A DNA stretch of 54,382 nucleotides from the NCBI RefSeq assembly GCF_001194135.2, contig NC_068983.1, forward strand, positions 60,188,298 to 60,242,679, written 5' to 3'. Both the position numbers and the translations under genes were made by a program. Positions 25,805 through 37,900 of the stretch are shown here, in pieces (within the stretch, counting starts at the first letter, position 1; each line of letters begins with the position of its first letter). The notes under the pieces were generated by a model that saw only the letters and a list, made by a program, of their open reading frames with translations, was not told the origin of the DNA and searched no databases. The DNA comes from Octopus bimaculoides. Taxonomy: Eukaryota.

Positions 25805-27269
25805 TATATATAGACTTTAAAACAAATTGATATAGGAGAAATGTTGAAGGATCTCAGACAGTTCGAACAAAATAATGGTTTAGGCATATTAAACTGACGT
25901 GTTGGAATAAGGTCATTTAATGCTAGTAGCTAATCAAAATCCTAGATTTTAAGCAATTAACAATAAAACTGACATCCAGCTGTTAAACACAAATTATGCG
26001 ATCTTTCTTTTTGTGTGCGTGTGCGTATATATAGCTGAACTTAAAATCAAAGATCGCCTAAATTTCTAGCAAGTCGTAAATTTATTAATTTGAAGTGAGC
26101 CATTGAGAGGAAAAAAGAAATTATATAAAAAAAAATTAACAAAACACCTGACACTTTAACGGTACTTAAAATAGCGCCTAGTTACGAAGTCGATATAAAT
26201 TTAAAGTAAGCGATATAAGAAGAAAGCGGAAGCTAATGTTTGNNNNNNNNNNNNNNNNNNNNNNNNNNNNNNNNNNNNNNNNNNNNNNNNNNNNNNNNNN
26301 NNNNNNNNNNNNNNNNNNNNNNNNNNNNNNNNNNNNNNNNNNNNNNNNNNNNNNNNNNNNNNNNNNNNNNNNNNNNNNNNNNNNNNNNNNNNNNNNNNNN
26401 NNNNNNNNNNNNNNNNNNNNNNNNNNNNNNNNNNNNNNNNNNNNNNNNNNNNNNNNNNNNNNNNNNNNNNNNNNNNNNNNNNNNNNNNNNNNNNNNNNNN
26501 NNNNNNNNNNNNNNNNNNNNNNNNNNNNNNNNNNNNNNNNNNNNNNNNNNNNNNNNNNNNNNNNNNNNNNNNNNNNNNNNNNNNNNNNNNNNNNNNNNNN
26601 NNNATAATTTGCTGATGACATATTTTATTTCGAAATTACGACGTCTGTTTCTTAAAAAAAATTGGGATCCAGCCCTTCTTTGATTTAAACATACAAAAGA
26701 AAAAAGAAACAATACAATTCTCAAATAAAATTCATTAATTACCCCAAAAAACGATAAATCATTTCGTTAATTGGAAACAAAGAGCAAATGAAATTCCTTG
26801 ACAATTCAGACCATAAATATTTTTAGTATTTCTTTTGTTTTTAAAAGCAACTCTTCATTAAAACGGAAATATTTCAAAATCATTTGTGAAATTTTTTTTT
26901 TTTTTTTCGGAGTATTTTTAAGAAAGAGGTAAAACGAAAGAATTTTCTGTGAAATTAAAAGTCTTCCAGAGAATGTCCTTTACATTCTTTCAAAGATTTC
27001 ATCAGAGACAGAAATATTTAAATCGAAATATTTGCTAAAATAAATTTTAGACGAAGAAAGAAGGGGAAAAAAGGGGCGAATTAATAAGAATTAGAAAGTA
27101 TTCCGTGTCGTTCACAGGTGAAAATATATCAGAATTTGAAACGGGGTAGTTTAAAACGGGTACCATTTTAACAGTAAATGATTTGTTTTTTGTTTTCGTT
27201 AGTGTTTTCTTTCTGACTCGAATCGGACACTGTAAGTCACCAATGAGTCAAAACAAAAATTTAACTTAC

Positions 27270-27296
27270 TTGTCCATAACTCCACTGATGCGCCAT
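27270..27296 (-). CDS. Peflin-like penta-EF-hand protein, predicted first coding exon (MAHQWSYGQ)
   Basis: Minus strand reads gtcaatcATGGCGCATCAGTGGAGTTATGGACAA|gtaagt: Kozak-like context (A at -3, G at +4) and a perfect GTAAGT donor in phase 0, matching the phase-0 start of exon 4338-4515. It lies in a region visibly richer in CpG than its flanks. The link across 22.7 kb is inferred. Confidence 0.7.
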
Positions 27297-27540
27297 GATT
27301 GACGAGACAAGGGGGATTACTCTAATTGGCTTCCTCGCCCTTTATTACTTCTTTTAAAAAGAGATCTAACTCGCTTGCTTCTTTCTTTCTCTCTTTCTCT
27401 CTTTATTTATTTATTTACTTATTTATTTATTTATGTTGTCCCGCTGAAGGAAATTATTTGTTCGCGCACCAGTATTCTACAATGGGGTTGAAGTAGGAGA
27501 GAAAGATGATTTTGTGAGAAAATGAGTTCGTGTGCACTAC
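27297..27540 (-). promoter_or_regulatory. Putative 5'UTR and proximal promoter of the peflin-like gene
   Basis: Lies immediately upstream of the predicted ATG. Contains a CCAAT on the minus strand (plus attgg at about 27325-27329) and CpG-containing motifs (cccgc, cgcgc) in an otherwise CpG-poor window. The TSS is not determinable. Confidence 0.4.
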
Positions 27541-27719
27541 ATCCCGATGATAAAGTTAAAAGAGTGAACAGAAAGGAGACGTATAAGTCAAATAAAGAAA
27601 GATAGCAACGAAAGCCTGAAGTGCATTGCACAGTTCACAGGATAAAATACAAAATGTCAGAAAAGTTAACAGTAAAAGAGCCATAAACAAGAAATGGTCA
27701 ATAGGCAACTCAGAAGTTG

Positions 27720-27847
27720 TCAGCGATGTTTTTGGGAAGCATGAAATTTTTGGAAGATACAATCGTCAACAGACAATAATAGTCTATTCCATACTTCGAC
27801 AGTTCTGAGCGGGAAAAGAATATTTCTGAAAGCCAAGGATGCTGCGC

Positions 27848-27850
<3 letters not shown>
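27720..27850 (-). mobile_element. Possible CR1/L2-type LINE C-terminal relic
   Basis: Minus frame RNILFPLRTVEVWNRL resembles the RxxFFxxRVVxxWNxLP motif; short and weak. Confidence 0.3.
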
Positions 27851-27883
<33 letters not shown>

Positions 27884-30149
27884 CTATCGAGAAGGCGGAC
27901 ATTTTTTTATAAACTCTCTAAAGAATCAAGGTTTGAAGTTTTGAAAAATTAAAACACCATCTATGGTCATAACTTTCCGTAATTATATCCAGAAAATTTT
28001 AATTTCTTGATTTAAAAATAAATTACTTCTTAATAGACTTTGCCCTCAATTTTTTTGCTTCTTCAGCTATCACGACAAAAGTTGGAATATTAATAACTAA
28101 TTAAATCCACAGAATGCCCTCTTTGGAGCCTATTCGATATAACATGAATAAATGGGAACACTGACTTCCATCTTTTGGTCTGGAAGGAAGGCAGCATCCA
28201 TGACTTTTACAAAGGTTCTAAAACTGGTGAAGGGAGGAGGATATACTCAAACTGGAGACCTGGCTTAAATGCTCTCTCTTGTAACGAATAGCTTCTTAGA
28301 TTCTAAGCTAAGATTCAAAATTGAATCTACATTTTTCTACAAGTTCCTTTTCTATTCTTCTTGCACTTAGAAATTTATGAGTGTCAACTTTCACCTTTAA
28401 TTAAGCTCTATTGTTTAAATTAACATTCTTGGGTTAAATACAGTTCAAGGGAGATAAATTCATTACTTTCCATTGTTTTCTGACCCACATCCAGCTTTCC
28501 AATAAATATAAATACAGAACCCAAATTTGGTTCTTCCCTTTTTCTTTTGGCACCGACAGAGGAAACACTTAATACAGCTCTTATTCTCTCTACTTGTTTA
28601 GACTCTCTTACTCTCTCTCTCTCTCTCTCTCTCTCTCCTTTTATTGTCTGTCTTCTAGCAGTCAACAAAAGGTAAATGTAACTACCTACAGATTGGATAT
28701 TAGTGTTGTGAATAATCATTGTACAACAACTTGAAAACGTATCTTAGACTGTAACGATGAAAATAAAGGGCCATTTCAACCAATTAGTAATATTTTTCTT
28801 CCTCTCATTTTAATTGCCACATACCTTTATTATACTCTTCTTGAACACAAAGGTGCATAAAACCTTTTGCCAGGTCTCCATGACATATAAGTGATCAAGA
28901 TCACAACATTTCTCTGAACGGGATTCTAGTCCATCACAGAGTTACTTAATTATAAACCATTCACACCGAAAACATATTAAAAATTTGTTTACATGTAAAA
29001 AAACAAACATGAACTATTATAGCTTTTAAATTTGACAGGAAAAGAGAGGCTGATTTGCTGGTGTAAAGGTAACACCCTTAGTTGCGTTAACAAAGGGATA
29101 TAGGCTCAACTCCCACATGGAGAGAAAAGCCTTCTTTTTTCTGTTGTGGGCTTATATGCCCCTTTATTAAACTATTTTCCGTAGTCATTGCATGGTGATC
29201 ACCATAAGTTTTAAGCTTATATAAAAATACCATTATTATTATTTACAGCATTGTAAATCACAGTATCACAATAAAAAACCATTCGCACTGAAAGCATATA
29301 GAAAGTTTGTTTACATAAAAACAAATACAAACTAACATATGATTCTTAAATTTGACAGAAAGAGGGAGGCTGATTCATTGGTGTAAAGGTAACTTAGTCA
29401 CGTTAACAAAGGGATGTGGGTTCTCCCACGCAGATAGGAAAGCCTTCTTTTTTCTGTCGTGGGCTTATATGCCCCTTTGTTAGACTATTTTCCTTAGTCA
29501 TTGCATGTTGATCGCTTTCATCATCATCATCATTATCATTCAACGTCTGCTTTCCCTGCTAGCATGGAAAGCAGACGTTAAACAATGCTGCTGCTGATGA
29601 TGATGAAAGCGATCAATGTGCAATATAAAAAATACCTTTAATAAAAATAAAGAAAAATGTATTCAACTCAGCAGTAAGATTTTTACTTCCAATCTTTTTG
29701 GAAACATGTCTAGTCATGAAGAAACATGTTTCTTGGAAACAGGTGACAGAAAGGTTGACAGAAAGCTTTTAGAAGAAAACTTGGTATAAATGATTAATAT
29801 CCTGGATAAATTTGTGTTATTATCAAATGAAATGCAAGCAAAATAAATGGTTTTCATAAAGTTAGATAAACTCATCAAGTATACTCATCTACATGTTTCA
29901 GTCATTAGACTGCAGCCATACTGGAGCACCTACTTAAAGAATTTATAGTTGATCAAATCAACCCCAGTACCTATCTTTTTGTTTTAAAGCTGGTATTTGT
30001 TCCATCAGTGTCTTTTACTGAACCACTAAGTTACAGGAATATAAATGCACCAACACCAGTTGTTAAGCAGTGGTTCAGGACACACAAACACACAAACATC
30101 CATACACACACTCACGCATACACACTCACACACACATTCACACACACAT

Positions 30150-30182
<33 letters not shown>

Positions 30183-31613
30183 CACACATATATACACAAC
30201 AAGCTTCTTACGGTTTCCAACAACCAAATCCACTCACAAGGCTTTGGTCTGCCTGAAGCCATAGAAGACACTTGCCCAAGGTACCACACAGTGGGACTGA
30301 ACATAGAACCATGTGGTTGGGAAGCAAGTGTCTTACTACACAGATATGGCTGTGCCTATTAAAATAAATTGTTTTATGAAAATCTTTTCACATCTAATCA
30401 CGTCCTCTAGAAACAAAGTTGTTACAAATTGATGCCAAATTGAGTTCACTGGAGTGTAATTGGTAGCCTCTAGTCTTAAATTTGCTTCCCAATCACATGA
30501 TTTTGGATTCTTTCCCACTTTGAGGCACCTTGACCAAGTGTCTTTTACTTTCTGTTGCCAACTCTCAACTATTTCCAGACAAATTAATATTTCCCCATGA
30601 CTGGATATGTTTCCACGAAATACTGGAAACCAAAGAAACTGCTTGTGTGATGGTGATACTCGTTTACAACTTTCACTCAATGTCAAGGGTAAAACACCTA
30701 AAACAGTGGAATCCTTGAAGAAATAAGGAGAAGCGAAAGTGCATTCTACTATTCTTTTATTCTTTCGTGCTTTTACTTGTTTAAGTCATTGGACTGTGGC
30801 CATGCTGAAGCACCACCTTAAAGGGTTTAGTCAAACAAATGACTCCTGTACTTATTTTGAAGTCTACTGCTTATTCTATCATTCTTTTTCATTAAACTGC
30901 AAAGTTACATCTATGCATGCATATATATATCTATCTATATATATATATATATACATACATAAAAGACACCATTTCGAGCGTGGCCGTTTTCGTGCGGGTG
31001 ACACGTAAAAGCACCCACTACACTCTCTGAGTGGTTGGCGTTAGGAAGGGCATCCAGCTGTAGAAACTCTGCCAAATCAGACTGGAGCCTGGTGTTGCCA
31101 TCCGGTTTCACCAGTCCTCAGTCAAATCGTCCAACCCAGGCTAGCATGGAAAGCGGACGTTAAACGATGATGATGATGATGATGATACATACATATCACG
31201 GAGGCAAGGTGGCTGAGTTCCTTTCAAGCATTGGGCCTCATGGAAGCAAAGTGGCCAAGCTCCTTTTGAGTGTTGGACCTCACAGAAGCAATGACCAAGA
31301 CCTTTGGCATTATGTCATGCTTGAGAAGAAGAACCATCAAGCCAAGCAAAATCACAGTCATGGCAGATACTGGCTCCCATGCCAGTGGCGTGCAAAAGCA
31401 CCCATTACACTCTCAGAGTGGTTGGCATTAGTAAGGGCATCCAGCCATAGAAAACTGTGCCAAATCAGACTGGATCTTGACACAGCCTTCCAGTGCCCCA
31501 GCCCAGTCAAACTGTCCAACCAATGCCAGCATGAACAAGGGTCAGTAAATGATGATGATGATGATGAGTGTGTTAATTAATAAGGTATTAAAACAGAATG
31601 ACTCTCCCCAGAC

Positions 31614-31654
<41 letters not shown>

Positions 31655-31660
<6 letters not shown>

Positions 31661-31950
31661 GAATTTACAAAAAAACAAAAGACGAGCATGAGTGTATAAA
31701 CAACAAGCAGATGTATTAGTTTAATGCTCAGGAAGTGAGAAAGTCTTTTACATTTGAGCCTACGCTCTTCCACAGAAAGGAACACAGAAATAAACAGGGA
31801 GAGAAAATAGAAAAAGGTTTAGTGGCTAGCGATCTATCATGGCGAATGCCTGACCATATATACACTTTATTATTAAAGCTACAAAAACATCACAAAAACA
31901 TCACAAAAAACTGCTACTCAGAGTTTCATGTTCCCATTCGTTGGGCAATT
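31655..31950 (-). mobile_element. Penelope-like pLTR-type repeats next to (TA)n; related copy at about 46388-46625
   Basis: 31660-31850 and 46388-46600 are homologous. Both follow a (TA)n run and carry degenerate hammerhead-like motifs. The Penelope assignment is inferred from the motif architecture. Confidence 0.5.
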
Positions 31951-33711
31951 GTGATTGAGAATGGGGCAAGAATTAATGTTATATGTATGCATCATCATCA
32001 TTGTGTTCATTTAACGTCCAATTTCTATGCTGGCATGGGCTGGGCAGTTTGACTAAGACCTGGCAAGCCAGATGGCTGCACCAGGCTCCAATCTGATTAG
32101 GCAAGGTTTCTACAGCTGGATGCCCTTCCTGATGCCAACTACTTCAAGAATGTAGTGGATGCTTTTTACATGCCACCAGTACAGGAGCCAGTGAGGCAGC
32201 ACTGGCATCAACCATGCTTGAATGGTGCTTTTTATGTTCCACCAGCATGGGTGCTAGTCAGGCAGCACTGGCATCTGTTGGCGGCACTGGCATCAGTTAG
32301 CAGCACTGGCATCAGTCAGTAGCACTGGAATCGGTCGGCGGCACTGGAATCTATTGGCCACATTAGCATCTGTTGGCAGCACTGGCATCCATTGGCAACA
32401 CTGGCATCAGTCAGTGGCACTTGCTTCCATACAGTTTGCATTAATCAAATTCATTCATAAGGCATTTGTTGGACTGGAAGTACAGTGCAAGACACTTACC
32501 CAAGGTGCTGCATAGTGGGACTGAACCTAAATCCACATGGTCACAAAACAAACTTCTTAACCATACAGTTTCACCTGCACCTATCTAGAGAAACATTTTT
32601 TATCAATAAACCATACAGATTGGTTTGCAGACAATAAGTACAAATTTATTTGAAATTGTATCCATGAGAGTATTGATATGATGTTCATGAACAATGGTTG
32701 TTGACTGAAGGATTTAGTGTACCAAAACTGTATTTTATGAGGTATTTTTCAATGGTTTCAGTATGAGAATCAATGCCATTGAGAATTATCTTTGAAACTG
32801 TCTAATCTATCTTCATATATTTGATTAAATAATAAAGGAAGATGGTAGTGTTGAGTTTCACTTCTGAAATAGTTATAATCTTACATAATCCTAGAAGGAG
32901 GATATAAATTAACACCAAATTAAACAAAAAGACAAAGACACCAATGATTTTTTCTTTATATCTTATAAAGAAATATCACTATACTTCCACACCATACTTA
33001 ATCAAACAGAGAATAAAGCTGCTGGATTGAAACATTCACACCAGTTAAGTATCAAAATGGAAAAATGAAACAAAAAAGACACATACAGTAGAATATTTGC
33101 CATCTGTTTCAATCGATTTCCTTCTAACATAAAATCTCTTCATTGTCTTCAAATCAATCCATTCATATAAAGAACAGATTATAATGATTATTGATATTCA
33201 ATGTCAGAATTGATTAACATGAGTATTATTAATAAGGTTGACTTCACAGCATTTCATTTGAGAAAAAAGGAAGCTGAAACTAAAACTTTAATTAATTCCT
33301 AAGAATTATCATGTCAAGAATCTTACCAAAACATATCATTCTCACTTTTATTGCAATCTTTTCGTCATCAGGTAAGATTTCTATTGGTATATTTCTTCAA
33401 CATTATTGTTAAACTATTTTCTTTTTTGAACAAATTCTGAAAAAAAATATATCCCAAAATTACTGATATAAATGTTGAAACTATACTTAAAATCTATTTT
33501 TAAAAAGATTATTATTTCCTTAGGTGCAGGCATGGCCGTGTGGTAAGAAACTTACTTCCCAACCACATGGTTCCAGGTTCAGTCCCACTGCGTGGCACCT
33601 TGGATAAGTGTCTTCTATTATAGCCTTGGCCTGACCAAAGAGTTGTGGGTAAAGCTGGTAGACAGAAATGGAAAGAAACCCTTTATATATATATATATCT
33701 CTGCTTACCTG

Positions 33712-33749
<38 letters not shown>

Positions 33750-34308
33750 GGTAAGCAGAGATAGCGGTTATAGTAACCGACTAAGGGATAAAAACATCCA
33801 TATTTACTATCAATATCAGTTACCTGTGCTATCCCTGGGCATAGGTCTGCAGGCACACTATGCTCGTAGGGTACAGGTAACAACAGAATATAGAAATAAC
33901 CTGTAAATATTTCCCTAGATCACTCTTTTGCCTATCGAATTTGAAGCTCCATGCTGGAAGATGGTATGATTCTAATATATTGAGCCTCCTGGCCTCTTCT
34001 CAAGGCCCTGTTTTTTCCTATTCCCTCTTCTCTTCAATTATTTTATTTTACGCATTTCTATTCACCCTGATGAAGCTCCATGTACTAGACTGAATGTCCT
34101 ATGAAGATGACGAATATTTTCGGAATTCTTTCGTAACCACTGACTGGCATTGGAAGCGGGAATGGCCATAAGAATTGTTATGTCACAGAAATGTTATGAT
34201 GTTATGTCAAGTTTTGTATTAAAAAAAGATCTATAGATGTGGTCCAGTCTGTTTGTTGATCAAAAGTTTTCTCCATTTTCTGATTATTTAAATAATATAT
34301 ATATACAT

Positions 34309-34363
<55 letters not shown>

Positions 34364-34892
34364 AGAGGTGTTTGTGTTTGTCTGTGTCCACCACTGCTTG
34401 ACAACCACTGTTGGTGTGTTTACATCCCAGTAACTTAGCAGTTCAACAAAAGAGACCAATAGAATAAATACCAGGTTTGAAAAAAATAAGTCCTGGTGTC
34501 AATTCATTCAACTAAAAGTTCTTCAAAGTGGTGCCCCAGCATGGCCACAGGCTAGTGACTTGAACAAGTTAAAGGATAAATAATTTACTTTTAATATTAT
34601 TGTTTATTTAATTCCTGCATTGGTTGTATCTATATAGTTGATCCTTTACCAACACTATCTCAATAAAACAATAGAATTAGAGATCTTCCAGCTTAGTAAA
34701 AGCAGGAAAAGATTAAATAAAAATATGATAATCTTAATCCACCTAAATTTATCAAAATCCAACTTTATTTAATTAAAAATAGTGCATGAAATTATATTTA
34801 ACCCTTCCATTACCATATTTTTGTTGAAACACTCTATGTTTGTTTTAATTAATTTTCAATGTGAGAGCAAATGAAATTAAGCATTAACTAAT

Positions 34893-34932
34893 ATGCATCT
34901 ATCAGTTATGGTCATCTTATTCTGTAAAAATG
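34893..34932 (+). CDS. Candidate first exon of the CTLD gene (short hydrophobic N-terminus)
   Basis: ATG CAT CTA TCA GTT ATG GTC ATC TTA TTC TGT AAA AAT G|gtaaat = MHLSVMVILFCKN, a phase-1 donor compatible with exon 43939. Speculative; could be chance. Confidence 0.2.
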
Positions 34933-37900
34933 GTAAATAGTATAGGGGATACGTAATATGGCAGAAATTGACAGAATGTTACTGCATCTGGTATTGGGTT
35001 TGTAAATGGAAGATACATTAAAAGATAATGTGAAAGGGAACTCAAAATACTTGATCAAAGAAGACAAACGATGTAATCATCATCATTGTTTAACTTTCCA
35101 TGCTGGCATGGGTTGGACAGTTTGACTGAGGGCTGGCAAGCCAGAAGGCTGCACCAAGCTCCAATCTGAACTGGCAAAATTTCTACAGCTGGATGCCCTT
35201 CCTAACGCCAACCACTCCGAGAGTGTAGTAAGTGCTTTTTACATGCCACCGGCATGAAGGCCAGTCAGGCGGTACTGGCAACAGCCACGCTTGAATGGTG
35301 TGAGAGTGTAGTGGGTGCTTTTTACATGCCACTGGTATAGGAGCCAGTCAGGCAGCACTGGCATCGGCCAACCTTGAACGGTGCTTTTTATGTGCCACCG
35401 GCACAGGAGTCAGTCAATAGTTAATACATATTTATTACAGGTGAAATTAGCAGGAAAGAAATTACTAAATAAAAAGATATGTAAAGACAAATTATGTTTA
35501 CGCATTTAAGAAGGAAAGTAAATATAATTGTGTATTTCGTAATGGAAATGATGTGCATTATTTTTGAATTAACAAATTTCAATTACTAGAAAAAATTTAA
35601 TTTATTATAAACAAAAATTTTAATTCATTTTAGTTAAGAACAAATTACTAAATAAAGAATATTAAAGGTTAAAGAATTACATATATATTTGTTTAACCCT
35701 TTTGATACCAATCTGGCTGAAACTGTCTCTGGCTCTATAGTACAAATGTCTCGTTTTCATAAGTTCTGAATTAAAATCTTCCACTAAACCTTAGTCACAA
35801 TTTATGTTCCTAACACTGTTTGCTTCCCAGCCACGTGGTTCTAGGTTCAATTCCACGTTGAGCAAGTATTTTCTATTATAGCTTTGGGTCAACCGAAGAA
35901 GCCCATCATATATATGTGCGTCTGTCTGTGCTTTTCCTCACCACTGCTTATCAACTGGTGTTTGTGTATTTACATCCTTGTTTGGCAAAAGGGACCACTA
36001 AAATAAGTACCAGGTTTGAAAATTAAGTACTGGGGTTGACTGATTTGACTAAAATTCTTCGAGGTGATGCTCCAGCATGGCCATAGTCTGATGATGGAAA
36101 CAGGACAAAAGAACTAATAATAGCTGGTTAGTTGGTTGTATGGTTGGTTGGTTGGTTGATTTCTCTAGTCAGGTTTTAATCATATAGAGAGGGAGAGAAA
36201 ATAAAAAAGAGATACAGGTAGAGTTAACATAAGTAGTGCAGAAAGAGAACTCTATACTAAGCTTGGTGGCAGGCAATAAGTAAGAGAATGCCCTGCATAC
36301 ACATACACACACATTGAAAAAGAAAAAATGATAGAGACAGACAAAGAGAAGAAAAAGTAAATACCAGAGTAATTATGGGAGAAGTTATACAAATGAGAAA
36401 TTGCTTTATTTAATTTTATTTTAAGGTAATAAGTATTTTTCTTTTGAATATCAGCATTCATTTTAGTGTTTTTTTTTAAAGTAGCAAGAGATTTGATAAA
36501 AGTTAGATTATGCACGCCATGTTTCCTGATATTAATAATCCAAGGGGGGTAAAAGTATTCTTCCAAAGTTCATAGGATGAGTATCACTTTAGTAATAACA
36601 CATTTGATAACAGAATGATATGCATTTTTCTCATTATCATAATCATCATTTAACTTCCATTTTCCATGCTGGCATGGGTTGAATGGTTTGACAGGAGCTG
36701 GTAAGGCCAGGGCTGCACCAGTTTCCATAGTCTGTTTTTCGGCTTGGTTTCTACCACTTGAAGCCCTTCCTAATACCAACCACTTTACAGAGTGTACTGA
36801 GTGATTTTTATGTGACACCAGCATCAGTGCCTTTTAGGTGGCTCTATCACCACTGCTTTTTATGTGACACCGTCACCAGTGCCTTTTACATGGCACCAGC
36901 ACCAGTGCTTTTTAAGTGACACTATCACTAGTACCTTTTAAGTGGTACTATCACCAGTGCTTTTATGTGGTACTATCACCAGTGCCTTTATGTGGTACTA
37001 TCACCACTGCTTTTTATATGGAACCAGCACCATTGCTTTTTATGCAGCACCAGCATCAACATCAGAGCTTTTTATATAGTATATTAGTTTTGTGATATCA
37101 TTTCTGTTGTGGTGGGCAGGTCTTCTTCAATACAGCAATACACCACATATCTCAGTCCTCTGTCATCTTCTTCATAAGACTCAGTGTTTTGAGATCAGTC
37201 TTCAATAATTCATAATAATAATTAGAAAATTTCAATACATATAAAAAGTGAGTAAATTATGAACAAAGAAGTCAGTCGTTATAAATGGTAAAGATCTACA
37301 AGACAATACCTGACTTAGGTTTATGAAAAATTATTAAATATCTTCAATCACAGATTTTTCTACTTCTATTATTATCCTATCTCTATCAAACATGATACTA
37401 TTTCAAAATTTCACCTGAAAGGAGATATCTAAACTTACATAGAATCCACTGTCTGCACCTGTCATTTCTCTCACCTGGTCATCAGCAATGAAAACTTGTA
37501 ATTATCCTGGCTCAAAATCTCTTGTTATTCCTCTAGGGTCATCTATTGTCACAAACCATTTTATGAACTCTTTCAATTACCAGCAGATATTTGAGTATCT
37601 GTTGTCCTGCAATGACAAACATATCTATCTCTCAATGAAGTCAATGTCCTTGTAGACTTCACGCACCACCTCTTATCTCTCTATACTCTTCCCAATCCTT
37701 CACTACTTGGTAGAAAGTGAATCATTTGTTATTCTGAACTATCTACAGCAGTTAACACCTTCACCTATTTCTATCTTTCACCAACATAACAACTTGCCAA
37801 ATGTTATTGACTTTTTTGTACGATGTCTATGTTTTGAGCCATCATATTTTCCAGCTTCAGACTTAGGCTGCATGCTCAACCAATTAGATCAATTGGCACC

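Noticed and set aside
34064-34125. ctgatgaagctc hammerhead-like start
   Set aside because: No matching stem II partner followed by GAAA was found.
37440-37890. Possible LINE RT relic (also 11180-11790)
   Set aside because: Too degenerate to recover a diagnostic motif by eye.
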